NCBI GenBank assembly: GCA_951406725.2 | Contig: OX597826.1 | Location: forward strand, 49,352,001-49,416,000 | DNA: 64,000 bases | Reading direction: 5' to 3' | Source: Octopus vulgaris | Taxonomy: Eukaryota | Shown: one piece after another, positions 14,183 to 25,602 of the stretch | Position numbering within the stretch: position 1 is the stretch's first letter | How the letters are laid out: each line of letters starts with the position of its first letter | The notes under the pieces: model-generated | The model's input: the letters and a program-made list of their open reading frames with translations, nothing else | Told to the model about the DNA's origin: nothing | Databases searched by the model: none | Made by a program: the position numbers and the translations under genes

Positions 14183-16690
14183 CATACATATATATATATA
14201 TATGTATGTATGTATATATTTATATGTATGTATATATATATATGTATGTATGTATATATTTATATGTATGTATATATTTATATGTATGTATGTATATATT
14301 TATTTATATATATATATACCCATGTGTGAGTAAATATATATATATATATTCCTATGTATATATAAGTAAATATGTATGTGTATAAACATATATATCCAAA
14401 GATATATATTGACTGACATGCATACATTTGAGTGTGTGTGTCAGAGGCCATATATACATACATGTATGTGTGTGTTTGGGTTTGTACTTTTATATAGTTG
14501 CAAAAAGAGATAATCATATCTGCTCAACAAGCCAAAGTAAATTGCCGTTGCTCAATTTCCCCCCACCCCCACCACCCAGTACACACCACCACCTCTTTAT
14601 CCCCTACACACACACACACACACAGAGTCTCACATACACTCTATACCTCCTTACAGGGGCCCCTACTCTTGCAACCACCATTAATCAAAGTCCTCCTCCT
14701 TGCCCTCTCTTTGCCACAACCCCCCCATTTTTGGCAGCGTAGGGGTGGTGTTTAGTCAGTGAAGATCTGGTTTTTAAGATAGAGTAATTTGGCATATGTT
14801 TTTCTTGTCTCTAATAAGATTTCCCACTGCTCTAGTTAACTTGTTCTTGTTGTTGTTGCTGCTGCTGTTGTTAGTTAATGTTATTGTTGTTATTCTGGAG
14901 GTAAGGAGAGTGAGTTTTGCTCTCAGAACTACCACTACCACCGCTACTGCTATCACCTCCACTGCGGCTATTCTTCATTGTTATCATTCTGCTCACCATC
15001 ATTGTCCTCATCACCATTATTGTGGTCATTTGCATTCCCTTGTTGGCACCTGCCATTATTGGCACTATGATGTGATGTACAGAAAGAAATGAAAGTAAAA
15101 ATAGAGGAAATAAAAAAAAAAAGAAAGGGAGCAGAAATAAGTGCTGTGGTACAAGGAGGGTCAAGTTCTTGACTGGGTGTTTGGTTGGGCAATTAGTTAA
15201 GGAGTTATAGCTCTGTCTGCTAGTGTGTGTGTCAAAGGGCCCAGGTTTCATGGGACAACTTTAAAGATGTCTATGATCTATAGTCCTCCCTTTAAGATCC
15301 CCTTAATATGTTTAACATGTTTGTGGGTGTGTGTATATATATGTATGTATGAATATATATATGGGCTTGGAGCTTTGTTGTGTGATTAAGTAGAGCCATG
15401 TGCGTGCACGTGCACACACATACATATATATATAAATACATATGCGCAGGAGTTGCTGTGTGGTAAAAAGCTTGCTTCCCAACCACATGTTTCTGGGTTC
15501 AGTCCCACTGCATGGCATCTTGGCCAAATGTCTTCTACTACAGCCTCAGGCCAACCAAAGCCTTGTGAATGGATTTGGTAGGCAGAAACTGAAAGAAGCC
15601 AGTCATATATGTGTGTGTGTGTGTGTCCACATGCAGTTACATTACTGAAGTATACACACACACACACACAGATGATAGGTGAGAGCAGGCTATGCTCAGT
15701 GTAGAAACCACATCACTATGTGGTTTCTACACTCAAAACTTAAACTTTGAATTCTTTATCCAGAGCAAGGCCAATAGCATGAAGAGTTACTGTAAGAGAA
15801 ATCCAAATGATATGGATTTGGAGGAAGCAACTGATATATTATATAGAAGTAGGCACAGACATCTATATATATATATATATATATATTATAATATATATTA
15901 TAATCACACAGCATAAGCCTTTTAGTGAATATAAGCATAAAGCCAAATATGAATAAATATATAAGTACATATAACACACACACACACACACATACATCTG
16001 TTCACTCACACATCTATACATTTGTTATCTTCCACTTGCGGCTGTCGTTGTTGTTGTCATTCTTATAGTTTGTTATTCTTATATCCTTTCCTTCCTTGCT
16101 GCCGCTGTTACCCGTTATTATAAATCTTTCTTTGGCTCTGACTTCATGATTCCCCCCACTCCCAAATATCTATGTCCAAACTCCCTGCAAAACATCAACG
16201 CTACCCTACTGAGTCGGCCTTTCATTGTGCCTAAACAAGCAGAAAGGAAAACTTTTATACACACTTTCCTGAACAGGATATCTGCTAGGGAGATCTTTGA
16301 TTCGTCTTAATTATCATGATGACAGTGGTGGTTGTGAAGGTGGTGGTGGTGGCAGTGGTGATCCAGTGATGTTGATTTTTAGGGGTGTCAAAAGAGTTGT
16401 TGTTTTTCTTCTTGTTGCTGTTTAGTCCTTGCTCAGCCCTGATTAAACAAGCTTATCATCAAAGGCATTGCAATCATATAACATCATGTATGTGTGTATG
16501 TGTATTTGTGTGTTTACCTCTGTCTTAATATCACATTATAGTTATAAATAACACACATACACATGAAAGATATATACACATACATACATATATATATATA
16601 GTCTTTGGACTAAATTCTTACACACTTGGCCACTGGAAGTGAAAATTTCTATTATATATGAAAGATATAAATACATCATCATCATCGTTT

Positions 16691-16874
16691 AACGTCCATT
16701 TTCCATGCTAGCATGGGTTGGATGGTTCAACTGGGGTCTGGGAAGCCAGAAGGCTGCGCCAGGCCCAGTCTGATCTGGCAGGGTTTCCAGATCAGACTGG
16801 GCCTGGCGCAGCCTTCTGGCTTCCCAGACCCCAGTTGAACCATCCAACCCATGCTAGCATGGAAAATGGACGTT
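16691..16874. repeat. Perfect inverted repeat, 88-bp arms, 8-nt loop
   Basis: 16691-16778 is the exact reverse complement of 16787-16874. Confidence 0.95.
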
Positions 16875-17626
16875 CATTTTTTATATTTTACTTGTTTCAG
16901 TCATTGAACTGTGGCCATGCTGGGGCACAGTCTTTGAAGGTTTAGTTGAACAAATTGGCCCCACTGCTTTATTTTTAAAACCTTGTACTTATTCTATCAT
17001 TCTGTTTTGTTAAACTGCTAAGTTATGAGGACATAAACAAACCAACACTGGCCGTCAAATGGTGGCAAGCTGGCAAAGAAATGTTTCTTCAGGCTTTACA
17101 TTTTGTGTTCAAATGCCACCAGGGTTGGTTTTGCCTCTCATCCTTCTGGGGTAACGTAATCACAAAAACGAGTACCTGTTGAGCACTAGAGTTGAAGTAA
17201 TTGACTTCTGCCTCTCAGAAATGCTGGCCTTGTGTCAAAATTTTTAAAAGAATTATTTTTTCAATGATGATGATGATGCATGCAATTTGAGGGAAATTCG
17301 ACTGCTATTTCTAAACTGTCAAGTAACTGTTTGATTGTTAGTTCATTGCAGTTGTGGTTGAAAGTGTACTGTTTCATATTTTCAACACATTTTCTCATCC
17401 TTTGTGGGTCCTACCACTATCATCATCATCATCATCACAGTACTCATCTTCATCATCATCATCATCAACAAACAGGATTGGCTTCAATGCACTTTCTAAT
17501 AAAATATCACTTCAAGGCATTGAACAGTTCAAGGTACCATGCTGTGAGATTGAACCGAGAACTGCATGGTTACTGAGTGAACCTCTTAATCACATAGTCA
17601 TACCTTTGCCTATATATATGTGTATA

Positions 17627-17658
<32 letters not shown>

Positions 17659-17742
17659 TGAAATAGAAATAGGTTCAGTAGGAAATTGTATTGTTTTATA
17701 ATGGTAAAAAAATAGAATATGTATTTTAATCCATAAAATGAA

Positions 17743-17789
<47 letters not shown>

Positions 17790-18996
17790 AAATATTTATG
17801 TATGTATGTACATATATGTGTCTTGTCTCACACATGTATACATGCACAATAATAGCAAGAAAGTTAGAGCAAAGGCCAAATAATTCTTTAAAAACAAAAG
17901 CAGCCTATATCATTGTTTAGCAACAATTGGTCTATTGTTTCAGTTTGAACACACACACACACACTTGCCCACCCACCCACACCCACCTTTTTTTTTGTTT
18001 TTAATTTTATTTTTATTTTTTACCCTTCTTCCTCGTCTTCTAGCACAATTCAAAAAGTCGGTTGTGATGAATTTCTTATGTAGAATTTATTCCTAAATAA
18101 AGGAAAAGAGAACAATAAGTGGATATATATATATATATGTATATATATATACATATACAGATTTCCACACATTTATAGATAGATATTTGTGTGCCTGCGT
18201 ATCTTGAATTTTCTGTCACTCAATGTGGGTGCTGATTTACCCTCTCCTTCTACTTCAAAGAATATATAAAGAATCTAGGTTTCTTAACCCAATATAATAA
18301 TTTTTTTGTTTTTTTTGTATTTATTTCAGTTTTATCATTTTCTCTCTCACTGTTTCATGCACTTGTACACACACACACACACACACTGAGATGAAGTGTG
18401 ATGACAATAACAATCCATTCTTGAAGAAAAAAAAAAATAGAGAAATTAAAAAGAAAAATCCATTTCAGATTCTTTTGATCTCTCACTAGAAATAATGGTA
18501 AACATCTCTCTTGGAATCAGAGAACAATTGTATGTCATCACTTTACATTGTCTTCCCATCTCAAAAATGGTTATTCCTGCTGTGTACAGTTTAGTTGGAT
18601 TAAACTGGTGACCAAATGTTGATCTTTTATTTGTTTTTTCTTTATATTTTCCGTATAATATCACTATAGATTTTTCTGCTAACATTTTTCAAAAGAAAAA
18701 AAAAACAATAATTTAGTAAGAATTTTTACAAGTCGCCATTTCCTTTTTAAATTTTTTTTATTAAGTAAGGTAACTTTAGTGGAATGGAGGTTGAGTTATT
18801 TCATTATCATTATCATTACCAAAATGCTTAGATGTGTTTCTTTTATCTTCACATTCTGAGTTCAAATTCTGCTAAGGTCAGTTTTGACTTCATCCTTTCA
18901 GAGTTGATGAAACGAGCACCAGTAAAGTACTGGGGTCGATGTAATTGACTGGTCCACTTCCTTCAAATTTCAAGCCCTGTGCCTTTAGTAGAAAGG

Positions 18997-19029
<33 letters not shown>

Positions 19030-19641
19030 GACTATAAAGTAATGTGGTGAGCTGGCAGAGTTGTTAGCATACTGGGCAAAATGCTCAGCAGTATTTCGTC
19101 TGCCAATACTTTCAGAGTTCAAATTCCACCGAGGTCAATTTTGCTTTTCATCCTCTCAGGGTTGATAAATTAAGTACCAGTTGAGTACTAGGGTCGATAT
19201 AATAGACTATCCCTCTCCAAATTTCAAGCCTTGTGCCTATAGTAGAAAGGATTGTTGGCTATAAATATTTAAACATTTCTCAGATAACACACAGTTTTCA
19301 TTTATAAATAATGTCGTAAAGGATCATTATTTGAACTTCTCTGTATTGTAGTTGACTGTGGTTTTCTTTTTGTGTGTGTGTTGAGGAAAAGTTGTTTTGT
19401 TTTGTGGTTGTTTCATTGTTGTGTGGTTTATTCAGAAGCTGGACTACTGAACCTGAAGGTCGTGAGATCAAATTCTACACTAGTTATTGTATTGTTCCCT
19501 TTTCAGCAAGTTACATTACACTTCAGCATTGTATTTTTAAAATTTTAGTAGGTGTGTGTCTGTGAATGTATGTGCATGGTTATATGTGTGTATATGTATA
19601 AACGTATACATATTTGTCTGTACATGTGTGTATGTATATAT

Positions 19642-19677
<36 letters not shown>

Positions 19678-19765
19678 GTCTGTATATACATATGTGTCTG
19701 TATCATCATCATCATTTAATGTCCATTTTCTATGCTGGCATGGGTTGGATGATTTGAGGTTTCAT

Positions 19766-19804
<39 letters not shown>

Positions 19805-20127
19805 GAGAGTGTATATTATCTGAATTTACATGTATAGAATCATTAGCATGCCAGGTAAAATGCTTTACAGCATTTTGTGTGTCATCACGTTCTGAGTTCA
19901 AATACCGCTGGGGGTTGACTTTGCCTTTTATCTTTCTGGTGTCTGTAACATAAGTACCAGTTGAATACTGGGGTTGAATGTAATCAACCTACCTCCTCCC
20001 CCAAAATTTCAGACCTTATGCCTTTAATAGAAAGGATTATTATTACTATTATTGTTATTATTATTCACTTGTTTTTTTGTTTTATATATAATCTATATAA
20101 TTTTTTTCTTTTTTGTTTTGTTTTCAG

Positions 20128-20813
20128 TTTCAACGCCTGTGATTAGTCAGTCATGTTCTTCATCGAAAATCTCCTCACCAATCAGCGTGGAATCACGCCG
20201 CGTCTCATCTTCTCCTCACATTGCTACCTCACCATACCACTTGACCGCACCATCAATACCCAGAACATTGCCTTCCCCGAGTCTTCAGCACCATAGTCCT
20301 GTGTCATCTCCTCATGCCAATCCTGCAATGGCCACCACCGCTACGGCTGTACAGGCCAACAACATCTGGGCAAACAACTCAACCGGATACAACTCGTCCG
20401 TCGCAGTAGCAGCAGCAGCTGCTGTTGCTGCCGCTGCTGCTGCCGCCGCCAGTGACCAAGACATGCCCTTAAATCTGTCCAAGCCAAGATATGAAATGAA
20501 GCTGGAGAAATCTTCATCCGAAGACTCTGTGAATCTGAGTGCCTCTCAGTCAAAGGTAGAAGCTATTATAACTCCACCCCCCGCTCATAGTAACCATCAA
20601 CAACGTCTGCCATTAACATCTTCCCCTACAGAAATGTCCGCTTTGGTTGGTAGCCGGACACCATTTGGGGTTGCTCCACCGCCTCAGTACGTGAGCAGCC
20701 CGTACCTTGGTCTTCCTAACCATGCTGCAGTTCCTGTTGGACTGTCCCTCAATAATCTTTCACCACATACAACAAGTTTAAATGGGAAACCTTCACCGTC
20801 GGAATCAGAAAAG
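20128..20813 (+). CDS. SoxD: SoxD-family transcription factor, internal exon (Ser/Pro-rich, poly-Ala, PLNLS motif)
   Basis: Acceptor ttttgttttcag|TT (phase 1), open frame STPVISQS...DQDMPLNLSKPRYEMKLEK...SESEK, donor AAG|gtaact (phase 0). Joins in frame to the downstream HMG exons. The upstream exon was not identified in the window. Confidence 0.88.
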
Positions 20814-21750
20814 GTAACTATTTATTCAATATATTTCCATGATTTTTAACATACAAGTCAACATAGTATGTAGTGTAAACATTCAAACATCGTCACCCTA
20901 ATTTTTTTTTTTCCAAATCCTACTGCATTTCATATGGAATTTTTGGTCCTCCGAAGTTGTCTTGGTCCATAAGTTGACTGACCTTTTTTTTTTGTAGTAA
21001 ATTTTGGTCTGAAAAATTCAACTTGTATCTCAAAAACTACAGTACCCACTCTCTTCCCTCATCTAGTTATCCAGTATGCTGTAGTTTATTTCTTGGCACT
21101 ACATGTTATATTTATCTTTATAGCCTCCATACTAAAGCTAAGAGGCTCTGTATGCATATATGTATACATTATTATATATATATATTTATAATCATTTTGT
21201 TGTAGACATTAAAATGATGAGGTTCATTGTAGTATACTTGGAAAGAAATCGAACAGTAAATCCCTATACATTCTGTATATTTAATATAAAGTCCTAAGCT
21301 TAGATAGTTTGTTGTGTAACAACTTTCTTTGTTTATAATTGGCTTCTTATATTTATTTATTATAATAGTTTTTTAAACTGATAAATTTATGCATTCTTTA
21401 AAGAGAATGCATTGTTGACAAACTAAATGACAGGGACTGGATATCAAGGAGATTGGAAATGAGTGAAGGTTGATGACAGGAAGGGCACCTGGCTGTAGAA
21501 AAATCTTACCTCTACAGATTCTATTTAAAGTCGACAAAATATACATCAGTGGCAATACTATGTATATACCATATGGGATAGCAGGGTTATAGTTACCTCC
21601 ACCCTCACCTCAATCTCATCCTCTTCCACCTTCTCCTATAAAAAATTAAGCCATGTGCATAGTCAAAAAAATGTAATAATAATTATAGAAATCATTTCAG
21701 ATATGTACGGTTACTTTATTACAGTCTCTTAGGATTTCTTCTATTCACAG

Positions 21751-21955
21751 GACAGTTTGGTCCAAGAGGTTCTCGTCAGACAGCTCTCTCAGAATGTTAA
21801 CAACCAAGTATTTCCAATGCACTTACCCATGTATGCAGTTCCTTCAACAACAATGCCTCAATTATCGCAGCTGGCTGCATGCAAAGACAACAGGGTTATG
21901 ATGCCTGCGGAGATGTCTCATGAAGAGAATCACACCTATGTCCAACATTTGCAGA
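21751..21955 (+). CDS. SoxD: SoxD internal exon
   Basis: ctattcacag|GAC (phase 0), DSLVQEVLVRQL...TYVQHLQ, donor A|gtaagt (phase 1). An in-frame alternative AG at 21731-21732 would add DFFYSQ. Confidence 0.85.
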
Positions 21956-22531
21956 GTAAGTACCTCCTGTATTAAACACTTTCCTTGGCTATTGTTTCTG
22001 TGATAGGGTCAGCAGAATGGTGGTGCCTGCAGTGTTAAATTGGTAGAAATGGTGAAATAGCAGCAGAGAAAATATCTTTTCATAGTTAATTGCATCTCTT
22101 GGCATTTTGAGTTCAAACTCCCACAGCCAAAGTGGACTTTACTGAATATATTTCCAGCAAGAAAAAAAAATTGTTCCAATTCAGTTTTGATGCCATTTGT
22201 CATCAACCATAGTTGCCCCTAAAATTTGAGGCCTTGTGCTGTGTAAGAACTCATTACATTTTTATTATTATTATTATTATTAAGGCGGCAAGCTGGCAGA
22301 ATCATTAGCATGCAGGATGAAATGCTTTGCAATATTTCACTTGTCGCTTCATTCTGAGTTCAAATTCTGCCAGGGTCAACATATACGATGGGCTTTCAGT
22401 TTCCATCTACCAAATCCACTCACAAAGCTTTGGTTGACCCAAGGCTATAGTAGAAGACACTTGCCCAAGGTGCTCATGCAGTGGGACTAAACCCAGAATC
22501 ATGTGGTAGCAAAGCAAGCTTCTTACCACAC

Positions 22532-22596
<65 letters not shown>

Positions 22597-22666
22597 GGAG
22601 TAAACACATAAATGTGAAACAAGGTGGGGAAAAAGAGTACTCAAATACCAGGGGTAGAGTAATATG

Positions 22667-22826
22667 CTTTATTTAAAAGCAGCAGAAAATTCAACAAAAC
22701 CTGTTACTCTGAGTTTCACGTTCATGTTCGTCGGACAGTTTTTTCTAGCAAAAACTGTCCGACGAACAGGAACGTGAAACTCAGAGTAACAGGTTTTGTT
22801 GAATTTTCTGCTGCTTTTAAATAAAG
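22667..22826. repeat. Inverted repeat, 77-bp arms with one mismatch, 6-nt loop
   Basis: 22667-22743 versus 22750-22826. Confidence 0.95.
22755..22792 (+). ncRNA. Type-I hammerhead-like motif (CCGACGA core) within a 77-bp-arm fold-back
   Basis: ctgt-CCGACGA-ACA GGAA CGT-GAA-ACTC A GAGT-A-acag; a mirror copy lies on the minus strand in the left arm. Confidence 0.6.
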
Positions 22827-22934
22827 TATATATATATAGATAGATAGATATTTATAAAATGCCATTTTGTTGTAACACAGACGTCAAGGAAATCCAGTTG
22901 ACTGCATTTACAATATGAAATATTTAAATTTCAG

Positions 22935-23105
22935 GCAAAATGTTTGGTGCCAAAATCATCCGTGCTCATAAAGAGAAACCTGACCCAAGCAAGCCCCATG
23001 TAAAACGACCAATGAATGCATTCATGGTATGGGCAAGAGAAGAGAGAAGGAAAATTCTGAAAGCATGTCCTGACATGCATAATTCTAACATTAGCAAGAT
23101 TTTGG
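22935..23105 (+). CDS. SoxD: SoxD exon, N-terminal half of the HMG box
   Basis: tttcag|GC, (S)[57 protein letters not shown]|gtaagt. The [20 protein letters not shown] signature is typical of group D Sox proteins. Confidence 0.97.
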
Positions 23106-23716
23106 GTAAGTCATTTATTTCTACGTCATTATTCTGTTATTTATTCATATATGTATAGAAATTTTACTTGGGGAGCTTATAAACCTTTAAAATTTTAAAA
23201 TAGACATTTTTATTTTGGGGTTTTTTTTTTTTTTTGAATGAATATAGAGATAGATAAGTAAGATAAGCAGAAATGGAAATAACATCTTTAATCATTATCA
23301 TCATCAAAATGATGATGATGATTAATGATGGATTGAAATATGTAAACAATTTATAAGCAAGCAAGAGGAGGTTGAGGTGGTATGTAAATCAAGGTATTCA
23401 TTGTACATAAACATGTGCAAAGTTTACAGTTATTGAAACAGAAAGAAATAGATAGAATAATGTTTGTTTCCATTACTGACAGTCAGAGCTTGTGTGTAGG
23501 AAACATTTCAAAATGGCTTCTTGGCTTTTCATAAAGATTCAGTATTTAAACTATAATTATGTTGGGTTAGGGGAATAAATTTTGATAAAATGATAAGAAA
23601 ATTTCATTGAAGGTTCTTAGTTGTGTCTTTGAAATTTACTTTCAATCAGTTTGATAACTTCAGAGATCTTTTTAACCTTTGTATTTATTTATTTTTACAT
23701 GTTATTTCTTTGATAG

Positions 23717-23822
23717 GGGCCAAATGGAAAGCTATGTCTAATGCTGAGAAACAACCGTATTATGAAGAACAATCTCGTCTAAGCAAGTTACATATGGAGA
23801 AACATCCAGATTACCGGTATCG
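23717..23822 (+). CDS. SoxD: SoxD exon, C-terminal half of the HMG box
   Basis: tttgatag|GG, (G)[36 protein letters not shown]|gtaagt (phase 2). Confidence 0.97.
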
Positions 23823-24023
23823 GTAAGTATTATTCATATCTTGGCTATAATTCAGTTATTTGTAACAAAAAATAAGGCCTACGTAGGTTATTTAATGCTT
23901 CTCATATATTTTGGCGAAGTATTCCTTTATCAAATATGTGATAGAAAATAATTCAAAGATGTTTATTATTGGCAGGTCACTTTGACAATGTATTTCAAGT
24001 TTTATTCCACTCACTTTTTGCAG

Positions 24024-24157
24024 ACCAAGGCCAAAAAGAACATGCATAGTAGATGGGAAGAAACTGCGGATATCAGAATATAAAGCTTTGATGAAAAGTC
24101 GAAGACAAGACATCCGACGAGTTTGGTACAATGAAAGTGGAACAACTTATGTGGAAG
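24024..24157 (+). CDS. SoxD: SoxD exon, conserved post-HMG tail
   Basis: tttttgcag|A, (R)[45 protein letters not shown]|gtaaat. [18 protein letters not shown] is SoxD-diagnostic. Not in the ORF track on this strand; translated manually. Confidence 0.96.
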
Positions 24158-24290
24158 GTAAATACTCCTAGATTAAAATAACTGAACCATTAACTTCACT
24201 AAAACATTCATTGTTTGTAATACAATGTCAGAGTTTTTGTCTCATAAAACTCACAAATGCATGCGGCATCTAAAAATGTAACACACTTAT

Positions 24291-24334
24291 TGTCAGTGAT
24301 TAGGACACAATTTTGAGTGACGAAACGTTAGACA
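24291..24334 (+). ncRNA. Degenerate hammerhead-like motif inside imperfect inverted repeat 24190-24370
   Basis: tgtca-GTGATTA-g gacac aattttga gtgac-GAA-ACGT-T-agaca. Confidence 0.35.
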
Positions 24335-25527
24335 CCATATTACAAACAATAAATGTTTAAGTGAAGTTAACAGTCTTTGTGTGTTTTTGAATGGCTAACT
24401 TGTGTCTTACCCTCTACAACTGTCTTAGTTTCAACACAATCTCAGATCAAAAAGTGTTATATCATAACAATAAAGAAAAAGAATTTCTCTTTGCTCTTTG
24501 AGCTATCGTCAGTGGTGGCATATGAATTTCCCTAAATATATTTCAGGTCTCCAGGCTACCAGGTTTCACACCATGTCTGGTTTTCATTCTGAGACCACCC
24601 CACAGTTCAATCATACAAATTCCCTGTTTTAAAACAATTTAAACTAGAATCCTTTATCAAAATTGATGTTACTTTACATTCCAAACATCAGGTTAATTAT
24701 GATGGTTACTTTATTAAATTCTTCATTATAATAAGAATTAATTGAAGCAAATAGTGTATTTGATGTGTTTATTTTTTATGTGTGTGTTTGACTCTATTTT
24801 TAGTTTTTTTTTCTTTTTGCATGTCTTCTTGTTTTATTTTCTGTTTTAGCTGTGTTTGTTTTTCCTTCACCCTCTTTTCCCACTAACTCTGACCATTCGT
24901 AACGTAGGAGGAACAAATCCATCCTTTAGACTTCCTTAAGTTCAATATTCGCAAACAGATCCTTTATCACATCATGTTAACATCCTCATATATACAAACA
25001 TACATACATATATTTATATGTGTGTATGTGTATATACAATAAAATGAAAACCATGTTAGGGAGATGGTTGCTATATTAGGGAAAGGAAGAGGGTTAGAGA
25101 AAAGGCCCATAAATTTAACATTAGGAGATGCATCCATTCATAAAAATCTCCATATTTAATTCTCCTGTTAAAAAAAAAGTAGCTTTGCTGTCTTTTAAGA
25201 GTCCTCCTATAAGCATTGCCACAAAACCTCACTTCTTTTGCGTCTGTTAGTGAAGCACCATTTCCCTTCTGCTAGTGTCCTATGCCTTGCTCATTTTATA
25301 CTGTAGTGTTGTAGTAAAGAACTGGTCTTTCGGCTTATACATGTGTGTATTTGTGTATGTGTGCATATATGTAATTGTATTATTATATGTATGTATAAAC
25401 TACACGTATACAAACCCATGTAAATATATATATATATATCTAAGTGTGCATGACATACACACCCTATGCTTCATAACATATAAGAGCAATATATATATAT
25501 ATTATCCACATTGCTTTTACTTAACAG

Positions 25528-25602
25528 ATGTGGCAATGCTGAACAAATCTCTAGGAAATGAAATTTCGTTAGAAAATAGTAAATATGGCACTCTTTGGCC
25601 AG
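25528..25602 (+). CDS. SoxD: Candidate 75-nt symmetric (phase 1-1) SoxD exon
   Basis: ttgcttttacttaacag|AT ... CCA G|gtaaga. 25 codons with no stop, (D)VAMLNKSLGNEISLENSKYGTLWP. The phases match both flanking exons. Confidence 0.65.

Noticed and set aside
20052-20127. N-terminal part of the 265-aa ORF as a start region
   Set aside because: It is the T-rich polypyrimidine tract; the exon begins after the AG at 20126-20127.
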